DNA from: Podarcis pityusensis
Taxonomy: Eukaryota
Reading direction: 5' to 3' (one strand)
Length of the DNA: 64,000 nucleotides
Assembly: GCA_964106645.2 (NCBI GenBank)
Contig: OZ067038.1
A program made the translations under genes and the position numbers. Within the stretch, counting starts at the first letter, position 1. Every line of letters begins with the position of its first letter. The notes under the pieces are model-generated. The model was not told the DNA's origin and ran no database searches. It saw only the letters and a program-made list of their open reading frames with translations. Below, piece by piece: positions 1-11,700 of the stretch.

Positions 1-410
1 GTACGTTTCCGAGCACAATTCAAAGTGTTGGTGCTGACCTTTAAAGCCTTAAACGGCCTCGGTCCAGTATATCTGAAGGAGCATCTCCACCCCCATCATT
101 CTACCCGGACACTGAGGTCCAGCACCAAGGGCCTTCTGGCGGTTCCCTCACTGCGAGAAGCCAAGTTACAGGGAACCAGGCAAAGGGCCTTCTCGGTAGT
201 GGCACCCGCCCTGTGGAACGCCCTCCCACCAGATGTCAAAGAGAACAACAACTACCAGACTTTTAGAAGACATCTGAAGGCAGCCCTGTTTAGGGAAGCT
301 TTTAGTGTTTGTTGTATTGCAGTATTTTAATATTTTTTTGGAAGCCGCCCAGAGTGGCTAGGGAAGCCCAGCCAGATGGGCGGGGTATAAATAATAAATT
401 ATTATTATTA
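1..410 (+). mobile_element. L2-clade LINE 3' end (RT C-terminal tail, 3' stem-loop, TAT tail)
   Basis: [46 protein letters not shown] typical of the L2 ORF2 end; terminal gccgccc..gggcggggtataaataataaattattatt; same family at 2673, 37289, 58151. Confidence 0.88.
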
Positions 411-511
411 ATTTGATGAAATGGCATTTATTGCTACAGGTGCTTCCTATTACATTTGCACACAAGGAATTGCAAGTATGTCAATGTTCCCCTTTCTATT
501 TCTTTGTACAG

Positions 512-698
512 ATCCGCCAGGTCCTCCGACACGAGTTCAGCCTGTTGAGATCACTAAAGATTCTGTAACCTTGACTTGGGTAGAACCAGATGAAGATGGT
601 GGCAGCCCTATCACTGGTTATTGGGTTGAACGGTTGGACCCTGATCAAGATAAATGGGTCCGTTGCAATAAAATCCCAGTTAAAGATACAACATTCAA
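512..698 (+). CDS. TTN: TTN exon ~263, N-half of I/A Fn3
   Basis: cag|ATCCGCCA ... TTCAA|gtaaga; [15 protein letters not shown]. Confidence 0.93.
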
Positions 699-2671
699 GT
701 AAGATCATTATATGTTTCGTTTAAAAAAATATATAGCTAGGTAATTGAGAAGATTGCTATTTGTTTTTAGGTAAACAGCTGACTTTTAAATACTCTTGAA
801 CTTGACTCCTTGTCATGCATTAGAATAAAATATTAACTGGTGCTCTGTAATAGCATCAAATAATTGTATTGCTATCTATACTTTGGGTCTACAATAACCA
901 TTGAAAATATCCTTACCTAAATCATGTTCATAACCATCCACCAGTGCCACTGAATAGGACAACTGTACTATGGGTGTTATCAGTAGCACCAATTTCTGCT
1001 ATGGAAACAGTAGTGGGATTGTGACTTCTGATGTGATTCTACATCACTGCAGCTGCTCATAAGATTAGTGCTGATATCAGAACTTCTTAGAGATGAATAT
1101 AGTTTTCTGCTTTTTGAACTCCCAGTACAGTCGTACCTTGGAAGTCAAACGGAATCCATTCCGGAAGTCTGTTCAACTTCCAAAACTTTCGGAAGCCAAC
1201 GTGCAGCTTCTGATTGGCTTCAGGAAGCTCCTGCAGCCAATTGGAAGCCACGGAAGCCCTGTCAGACGTTCGGGTTCCAAAAAATGTCCGCAAACCGGAA
1301 CACTCACTTCCGGGTTTGCGGCGTTTGGGACCCAAAACATCCGAGTACCAAGGCATTCAAGATCCAAGGTACAACTGTAATATGAATTTCTAATACAAGC
1401 TAGGGATATTTATTACACCCAAGCATTATTCATCCTTAGAGTTTTAAGTAGTACCAATATATATCATCTACTAATGAATAGTACAGAAATGCAGATTATA
1501 TTACATCTGACCAGTGTCTGAGACTTTCTAGTGATACAGTAATAGGAAGGTCCTTCCTCCATGTACACAGGGAGTCTCTGGTTTGGGGTGATAGTATATA
1601 TTTGCTCTGAACAGTTCAAAGGTATTGATTTTTTTAATGCACGAGGTACACTTGTGATGATGCAGAGTATTTAATTATAGTGTTAACTAGTAATAAGTAT
1701 TACAAATTTTACATTTGGAGCATTATCATCATTACTATTAGGGTTAAAGGTCTCACGTTCCATAAGAAGTACAAGTTCCGTGTCGTGGCAGAGAATCTTG
1801 CTGGGCCAGGAAAGCCAAGCAGAGCAACAGAGCCAGTCTTAGTGAAGGATCCTATTGGTATGAAAGCATTTTTCTTAGATGAATTTTATAACTTACTCCA
1901 AGTCATAATGCTGGGTTTTCTAAACCAAGTTATCAATTCATGTCTAGATCCCCCATGGCCACCCGGCAAGCCAATTGTCAAAGACGTTGCCAAGACCTCG
2001 TGTTTCTTGAACTGGACGAAGCCAGAACACGACGGCGGTGCCAAGATTGAATCGTATGTCATTGAATTGTTAAAGACTGGCACAGACGAGTGGGTGAGAG
2101 TGGCTGAAGGCATCCCCACACCAGAACACTTCCTCAAAGGGCTTATGGAGAAACAAGAATATTCCTTCCGAGTCAGAGCTGTGAACAAAGCTGGAGAGAG
2201 TGAGCCTAGCGAGCCCAGTGATCCTGTGCTATGCAAGGAGAGACTGAGTAAGTTGGCCATTGCATTCTGCAGGAGAGCTTCTCCTGAGAGCCAGTGTGGT
2301 ATAGTGGTTAAGAGCGGTAGACTCGTAATCTGGTGAACCGGGTTCGCGTCTCCGCTCCTCCACATGCTGCTGCTGGGTGACCTTGGGCTAGTCACACTTC
2401 TCTGAAGTTTCTCAGCCCCACTAACCTCACAGAGTGTTTGTTGTGGGGGAGGAAGGGAAAGGAGAATGTTAGCCGCTTTGAGACTCCTTCGGGTAGTGAT
2501 AAAGCGGGATATCAAATCCAAACTCCTCTTCTTCTTCAAGTCCCAAAAGTATCAGAAGCCTGCTCCACAGTAACTTGGAGTGGGGCTTTCAGCGGGGCTG
2601 CCACTGTCTGTACTTGCAAAAGACAATTGAATATATTTTCGTTTCATCCTCAGTTATTCTTTGTATTGTTT

Positions 2672-2714
<43 letters not shown>

Positions 2715-5700
2715 TATTATACCCCGCCCATCTGGCCGGGCCTCCCCAGCCGCTCTGGGTGGCTCCCAACAGAATATTAAAAACATGATAAAACATCAAA
2801 TATTAAAAAACCTCCCTAAAAGGGCTGCCTTCAGATGTCTTCTAAAAGTCAGATAGTTGTTTATTTCCTTGACATCTGAAGGGAGGGCGTTCCACAGGGC
2901 AGGCGCCGCTACCAAGAATGGCCTCTGCCTGGTTCCCTGTAACCTCACTTCTTGCAGTGAGGGAACCGCCAGAAGGCCCTCGGCACTGGACCTCAATGTC
3001 CAGGCTGAATGATGGGGGTGGAGATGCTCCTTCAGGTATACTGTTTTTAGCTGCTTTTGTGATGTGATTGTAAATTGATATGTGACACATGTAAAAGATG
3101 ATACATCAATTAATACATCATCACTAATTCATTAGAACTATGGTTTGTGTTAAGGGTGCAATGGAAACATTAAAACATATTCAAATTAATAATATTTTGC
3201 TTTAATATTGTTACAGATCCTCCTTCACCACCTCGATGGCTTGAGGTCATTAATATCACTAAAAACACTGCAGACCTTAAATGGACAGTACCAGAACGCG
3301 ACGGAGGTTCTCCTATTACAAATTACATCGTTGAAAAGAGAGACGTACGACGGAAAGGCTGGCAGACGGTTGATACTACGGTTAAGGACACCAAATATAC
3401 AGTGACACCACTAACAGAAGGCTCTCTGTATGTGTTCCGTGTGGCTGCAGAAAATGCTGTGGGGCAGAGTGACTACTGTGAAATTGAGGACTCTGTTCTT
3501 GCAAAGGACACCTTCAGTAAGTTTTCAAGTGCACACACTCAGAATTCAGCTTCAACAAACTATGTCATCGTTTTTAAATTTCTGTTTTCCTAATTATCAA
3601 TATTATTTAATTTAGCTACCCCTGGAGCACCATATGCACTTACACCAGTCGAAGTGACAAAGAGACATGTCGACCTAAAATGGGAACCGCCTAAGAATGA
3701 TGGTGGCAGACCAATTCTACGGTAAAAGAGAATTGTTTTTATATTTATTTTTTTGTAAACCACTTAGAGGTTCTGTTTACAATCAAGCAGCATATACATT
3801 TTTAGATAGATAGAAAGATAGATAGATACAGACAGAATATATTGGGAAAGAGTATAAAATCTGGGGCAGGGAGAGATGATTAATAGAGAAAATTTATTTT
3901 TAAAGGTTCCAAAGTTTATTGTGTTCATTATACACATTTATTATCTATTAGATGAGCAATGTTTCAAATCTAAATGAACGATTCGTTCTTGATTAAATCT
4001 TTCTACTTGGCCTGATTTTTTATTCCCCTTCCTTCCCTCTCCCTCCCCGTTTTATGAAGATTACCCGCTCTGGATCCTGCAGCTAATTCTCCCCTGGTCT
4101 CCACACTGGCCCAAATAATTTAGCCAGCTAGCCCTGGTGATCATCTAATGTTTATTTGATGGATTTCCCCCCTAAATTGATTTTTGAATTCTGAATTTAT
4201 TGTTATTCACGTTTTATACTGTATTTTATGCTGTTTTTTGTTGCATCAATGAAGTGTTTTAGATTTGTTGTTAGCCACCCTGAGCCAGTTTTCTGAACTG
4301 GGAAGGGCGGGGTATAAATAAAAAATTATTATTATTGTTGTTGTTGTTTGAATTGTACGGATTCATGCACCTTATAAACATCTGTTCTTCACACAGATAC
4401 GTTATTGAAAAGAAAGAGAAGCTTGGCACGCGCTGGGTGAAAGCTGGCAGAACATCAGGCCCTGACTGCAATTTCAGAGTGACGGATGTGATAGAAGGTA
4501 CAGAGGTGCAGTTCCAGGTCCGTGCTGAAAATGAAGCCGGCTGTGGTCACCCTAGTGAACCGACTGACATCTTGGCAATTGAAGATCCAACAAGTGAGTT
4601 ACGAACATTGGAAATTATAATCAATGAAATATGTGTTGTGCCAAATAGAATGGCAGAAAATAACATTACTTATGTATTCCTGCAGGCCCTCCTTCACCTC
4701 CTCTGGACTTACACGTGACAGACGCAGGAAGAAAACACATTTCGATTGCGTGGAAACCCCCAGAGAAAAATGGCGGCAGTCCTATAATCGGATACAATAT
4801 AGAACTCTGTGAAGCAGGAACTGAAAAATGGATGAGAATAAATTCTCGACCAGTCAAAGATTTGAAATACAAAGCAGAAGAAGGCGTTGTCCCTGACAAG
4901 GAATATATTCTCAGGGTCAGAGCTGTCAACGCTATAGGGGCTAGTGAGCCATCAGACATATCAGAAAACGTTGTCGCCAAAGATCCAGATTGTAAGTATA
5001 GTTGTTTTCGAAACAGTCATGAAATAAATTATAAATTGTGAAATTGCTTTGGTACACTAATTGAAATTATTTTTCTGTGTTTGCTTTTTTTAAAAAACAA
5101 CAACAGGTAATCCAACTGTTGATATAAAGACTACAGACCTCGTTGTGGTTGAAGGTGAAAAGTTAAGTATCCCTGTGCCCTTCAGAGCTGTTCCAACTCC
5201 AACTATTGCTTGGCATAAGAGTGGGAAGGAATTGAAAGCCGGTGACCGAACAACAATGAAGAGCGACCACATCTCTGCCTTGCTGGAAGTAACAAATGCA
5301 GTCCATGCTGATGCTGGCGTTTACACTATTACCTTGGAGAATAAACTGGGTTCAACAACTGGTACAATCAATGTCAAAGTAATAGGTAATTTATTTTTCT
5401 TATACCGGCAATTATGTGAATTAGACTCATAATGGTGAATGGGTGACAAGATGCTCAGCTCTTAGTGTCAAGGACTGTGCTGAGGAGGGCTGCACTGAGG
5501 AGAAAGGTTGGGAGCCTCCCCCTCCGCCTCCCCATCCCCCTCCTCTGCATCCGGATCCTGAATCTTCCCAGGAGCAGGAGGAAAGTATAGATTTGGAACA
5601 GTGGTTTGCAGAGGGGCACAGTTCAGAAGGCAGAAGCTGGGAAATACTGGATAGGGAACAGCTAGGAGAAGAAACACTGAAAGAGAGAGAGTTAACAGAT

Positions 5701-8700
5701 TCACAGTCGTTGGACAGCATTCCCCCACTGCCCTCCCCAAGGTTGAGAAGAGCAGAAAGCTGCAGAACAGAAAGCACACAAAGCACAGAGAGTACAAACT
5801 CAGATTACATGACGTAGAAGTGATGTAGATTAATAGGGACATAAGGGGGTGGGATCCTTAATTGGGAGCACTGCCATTCCTAGGAGATGGGTTCTTTGTT
5901 CTATCACTGTGATTATTAGTTTCTAACTGGTAAGACAGTTTTCCATTGTTTTATCTACTGCCAGGGGGGAAGAAGCTGATTCCCTGAAGCCTGCTTTATT
6001 GATACATGTTGATACAATATTTTATTGATACATTATTGATACAATAAAGCCTGCTTTAGTGATACATATTGATACTTAGCTGCTTTATTGATACATGTAA
6101 TGTGAGCCAACGCTGATATCTCCATGTGTCTAAATAGGGAGATAGGTCAACCTGAGGAATATATAAATGTTTATCATCCATATGATTAGTGCGCACGAGT
6201 ATATATATTCTTTTAATACAGTTTTCAAACCAATTTACTTTATTAAATGCTACATGTGTACCTATTGTTCAATTAGGTGTGCCTGGACCATGCAATAGTA
6301 TTAAGGCAAGTGAAGTAACTAAAAATTCATGTAAAGTGACCTGGGAACCTCCAGAATTTGATGGCAACACTCCAATTTTACATTATGTGCTGGAGCGAAG
6401 AGAAGCTGGTAGGAGAACATACATACCAGTGATGTCTGGTGAGAACAAATTGGCATGGAATGTGAAGGATCTCATACAAAATGGTGAATACTACTTCCGC
6501 GTTAAAGCTGTTAATAAAATCGGAGGAGGTGAATACATTGAACTGAGGAATCCAGTGATTGCAGAAGATCCAAAGCGTAAGTTCTTTTTTATGATCATCA
6601 AGACTGAAAAAGGCAAATGGTTTCTCTGTGCCTTCTATTTATCCATTTTCTTTTAAATTTTCAATATGCAGAGCGTCCAGATCCACCTATTGACCTTGAG
6701 GTTCACAATCCAACATCGAAGTCAGTAACACTCACGTGGAAACCACCATTGTATGATGGAGGAACCAAGATTATGGGCTACATTTTGGAAAAGTTAGTTA
6801 AAGGAGGAGAGAAGTGGGAAAGATGCAATGACTTTTTGGTTCCTCTTTTGACTTCTCCTGTGAAAGGTCTTGAGGAAGGCAAAGAATATCAGTTCCGTGT
6901 CCGTGCAGAGAATGCTGCCGGTGTCAGCGGACCTTCTAATGTCACTCCTCTGGTGAAAGCAGTGGATCCCGTTGGTATGTTTTGCAAACTACCTATTCAT
7001 TTTTAGCAAGTGTTCAAATTCTGCTGTATGCTACAGTATCAAATATAAACTAAAACAATATTTTTATGGTTACAGAGGCTCCAAAAGTTTTCCTCGGTGC
7101 TAATCTGCAGGCTGGCCTGGAGGTGAAGCAAGGTTCTGAGATTGCACTTGAAGCACACATTTCAGGGTCACCTTACCCAACTATTGATTGGTTATGGAAT
7201 GATGAAGTTGTTAAGCCAACAGAAATTAAGAAGAGAGTTACCAAGGTTACTAGGAAGAAGAAAGGTGAAGTTGAAGAAGATGAGCCTTTCCACTTGTCCC
7301 TGCCCGAGCGTTTGAGCATTGACAACCACAGACAAGGAGATTCTGTACTGGTCGTTCGGGATTCAATCAGACCAGACCATGGCACATATACTATTCGAGT
7401 TGAAAATGATCACGGGGTTGCGAAAGCTTCATGTGAAGTCAATGTGTTAGGTATGCCCTTATACATAATGGTGTGTGATACATTTTCTTCAAAATGTTTG
7501 AAGTGACATGTGCAAAGTCGTGCTCATTATTTTTGTTTTCAAAACAGATACACCTGGACCACCGGTCAACTTTGTTTTTGAGGAGGTTCGTAAAAATAGC
7601 ATCACTTGCAAGTGGGAGCCTCCTCTTGATGATGGCGGAAGTGAAATATTGAACTACGTCCTTGAAAAGAAAGACAACACAAAATCCGACATTGGCTGGG
7701 TTACCGTTACTTCAACGCTTAGGCATTGCAAATATAATGTGCCTAAACTTATTGAAGGAAAGGAATACATATTCCGTGTGAAAGCTGAGAACAGAGTAGG
7801 AGCTGGACCTCCATGTCTTTCAAAACCTGTTGTAGCTCAAGATCCGTTCAGTAAGTCTTGTACTCTATCTAAATATGTGCTTCATTCATTTTTCCCAAAA
7901 GGCACTGCCATCATCATCATTATTACCTTACACTCATATTGTACTTTAACATTAAAACTTTAATTCTATAATAACCCAGCAGAAAAACCTTGCAGAAGGA
8001 AATGGCTAAATTACATTTGCTGATTGTTGCATCTGAGTGCAACATCCTAAAAAGAAAAAGAAAAAGCTAAGACAATCCATGCTAGTTGACTGTAAAACTT
8101 GCCATATCAGACTTTTCTATTCTGTTCTCTCCTTGTGTCTTAAAGTGTGTGAAGTGGGTGGTAATTACAAATAATAAATCCTTGAGATATATGGGTACAC
8201 TGGGCTGGTAAGATCATCATTGACAAAAGCAAATGCTTAAATAATCCACCAGTAAAATAAATTGCAGATGAATTCGTACATACAAAGCAGAAAAAGAAGA
8301 ACTGTGAAAAACACACATTTTCTTTCCATATACACAAAACCCACCCGCACTCTCTCCAAGTTTCAAGCATGCAAATCTACACATTTAGGGTATAACACAG
8401 AGATAATATTTACATATCATGAAGGCACTTCATTTCAAGTAACTGTGAATAAGATCAGGCTGCATATTGCAACTGAAGCCTCCAAGTAAAGATATGGTGG
8501 AGGAGAAAATTAGAGGCATTAAACAAATTAAATTTCTGTATGATTTGGTAAGCTCCACTAACATTTGCATATCCTCTTTTTATAGGTCCTCCTGATGCAC
8601 CTGATAAACCTCTAGTAGAGGATCCAACCAGCAGTAGTCTGTTGGTTAAGTGGAATGAGCCTAAAGACAATGGTAGCCCCATTTTGGGATACTGGATTGA

Positions 8701-11700
8701 AAAGCGTGAAATCAATGGAACCCACTGGGCTCGTGTGAACAAAGAGCGTGTGAATGCCCTGGAAACTAGAGTTGAAGGACTTTTAGAAGGTCTAACTTAC
8801 GTTTTTAGAGTTTGTGCTGAAAATGCAGCTGGCCTTGGCAAATTCAGTCCCCCTTCAGATCCTAAAACTGCACAAGACCCAATATGTAAGTTGTTAGATA
8901 GATAATATTATCCCTTAGTTTGAAAAGGGAAGTTTTCAGTCTATTAATCTCTCTTTATATGTATTTTTTTCTTTTAGTGCCTCCTGGCCCACCTGTTCCA
9001 AGAATTGTTGATACAAGCTCAACATCTATTGACGTTGAATGGGATGCTCCGCTATACAATGGGGGTAGTGAAATCACTGGCTACCATGTTTACAAGAATT
9101 TTGTCGGCTCAAATGAATGGTCTCGCTGCACAGAAAGACCTATTAAGGTTCGGAGCTATATAGTTAAAGGAATTAGAGAAGGTGCAGATTACAAACTTCG
9201 TATTACCGCCCTTAATGTTGCTGGGGAAGGACCTCCTGGAGAGACAGAACCTGTAACAGTTGCAGAGCCTCAAGGTACTGTGATTATGTAATTTAAAATG
9301 AAATCTAATGTGAAATAGTTTGTGGGATTGTAAATTAATTAATTCTCTCTCTTTTTCCTTATACAGAGCCTCCCACTGTTGAATTTGATATTTCTGTCAG
9401 GGCAGGAGTTCAGATATTGGCAGGTCAAGCTCTTAAACTGCCTGCTGTTGTTACTGGACGACCTACCCCTACAATTGTGTGGACTTTAGAGGATGCAGAT
9501 GTTGACAAAGAGCGAGTTGTGATTGAAAATGTTGGCACTTCATCTGAGCTGTTTATCAAAAATGCACTCAGAAAAGACCACGGAAGATACATGATTACTG
9601 CCACTAACGAAAGTGGTTCTAAATTTGCTGCAACCAGAGCAGAAATATTTGGTAAGAAATGCTACATAGAGTAAAACGATGAATATATTAAGTATTTGGC
9701 CTTCCTTAATTACATCTCATGTCTTCTTTTCCAGATGTTCCTGGTCCGGTTACTGACTTGCATCCTGTGGTGGTAAATAGAAAGATGTGTCTACTTAACT
9801 GGGATGATCCCAAAGATGACGGAGGAAGTGAGATCATAGGTTTCCTTGTAGAGAGGAAAGATGCCAAAATGCATACATGGAGACTAGCCGTAGATACAGA
9901 CAGATCTAAGTGTGATATAACAGGTCTTGTTGAAGGACAAGAATATAAGTTCCGTGTCTTCGCCAAGAACAAGTTTGGCTGTGGACCACCTGTTGAACTG
10001 GGACCTCTCCTTGCTGTTGACCCCAAAGGTGAAACTTCTTGTATTGATAAAAACCATCAGAACACTTGGGAACAGAGGATCCCCCTCCCGTAATTTCAAC
10101 TTTTAACACCATTCAAAATATATATTTATATCCTTTATCATCACAACACTCCGTGTGTGTGTGCGCGCGTGCGCGTGCGTGCGTGCACATTCTTGCAGTT
10201 GAACCCAGAACATGTCAGTTTCTTGAAAGAGAACTTTTCTAGAGTCGGGATAACTGAAAACCTAGTGCTTCCCATGTTCATTTCTGTGTGGAAATACTTT
10301 TTTTTAAAAAAAAAGAAAATAATCCTACAAGGGCAAAATGTTGCATGCGAAGATGCTCTGATGTAAAACTTTTCTGTAGCTGCTCTAGATTTACAAAATC
10401 CAATTTCTACACACACCTCTTTCCCACTTCCAGCAATTCACTGGAGTCGCACCAATGCATTTTGGAGTTAGTATAGCATTGTCCCATTTAATTTAGTATT
10501 TAATGACAGTTTTAAACTGAGGGTGGAGAGGTGGGTTTCAGTAAACATCTGCAGAGCTTCCCTCCTCTTTAAATAGCATGTTGCATGTCCCTAGCCTTGG
10601 AGGCAGGGGGATATAAACCGAAATAAATAAAACGATATATTTTTACCTTGTTTGCTGGTGAAACTGCTGCACAGTAAACATGACGTGAAAAAACAAGGGT
10701 TTATTTTTCAAATTTAACTTCTCATTTTTCATTCTTGCCACAACAGGTCCTCCAACTGCTCCTGAGAGGTTCATGTACACAGAGAGAACAAAAAACTCTG
10801 TTACACTTGACTGGAAGCCTCCCCGTAATGATGGTGGCAGCCCCATCATCGGCTACATTGTTGACAAAAGAAGACATGACTCAAATGAATTCGAAAGAGT
10901 CAATAAGAGACTCTGTCCAACTACATCCCTTCTTGTGGACAATCTTGCTGAGCTGCATATGTATGAGTTCCGAGTCAAGGCTGTCAACGAGATTGGAGAA
11001 AGTGAACCATCACTGCCCCTTAATGTAGTCATACAGGATGATGAAGGTGAGGCTCTTTAATATAAATGTGTACACTTTACCTATAGATGTGAACATTTGG
11101 TGTCTGCTAGAGGCCTCACTATATTTTTGAGAATTACATGGTTAATCACTTTTGCATTCATTTTCTTTTTTCAGAACCTCCCACAGTGACATTGCGTCTA
11201 TCTGTTAGAGGAGATACTATCAAAGTTATGGCAGGGCAACCAGTCAACATTCCAGCAGACGTGACAGGTCTTCCAATGCCAAAGATTGAATGGTCTAAAG
11301 ATGACGTTGTTATTGATAAAACATCAGATGCCCTTAAGATCACCAAAAAGGAAACAAGTAGAACAGAGGCGAAAACTGAACTCAGCATGCCTGCAGCAGT
11401 TAGGAATGATAAAGGCACTTACACAGTTTCAGCTTCTAATCGTCTTGGCACCGCATACCGCAATGTTCACGTTGAAGTATTTGGTATGTATCTAGCTTCT
11501 TGCTTAAACGGCCAAAGTTTTCTTACTTTATTTCTACCATAACACAATACTAAATTGGTTTTATTTAGATCGTCCTTCTCCACCGAGAAATCTCACCGTA
11601 TCGGATATTAAAGCTGAATCTTGCTGTTTGACTTGGGATGCCCCACTCGATAATGGTGGCAGTGAGATTACACACTACATTATTGAGAAGCGTGATGCGA

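Noticed and set aside
1-30. L2 copy 1 and the 37289-37707 copy appear truncated at the same base
   Set aside because: Position 1 is only the window edge; the true 5' end of copy 1 is not visible
2286-2360. tRNA gene
   Set aside because: The A/B boxes belong to a SINE head that continues into a SINE body and (CTT)n tail
512-5385. Cronos internal promoter
   Set aside because: By exon numbering it lies upstream of this window (around exon 240); nothing here supports it
5989-6097. CRISPR-like repeat array
   Set aside because: Eukaryotic intron; imperfect short units with no unique spacers
7210-7290. Basic/acidic insertion in Ig A4 as a novel NLS-like loop
   Set aside because: An equivalent insertion exists in mammalian titin as I recall it, so it is not lineage-specific
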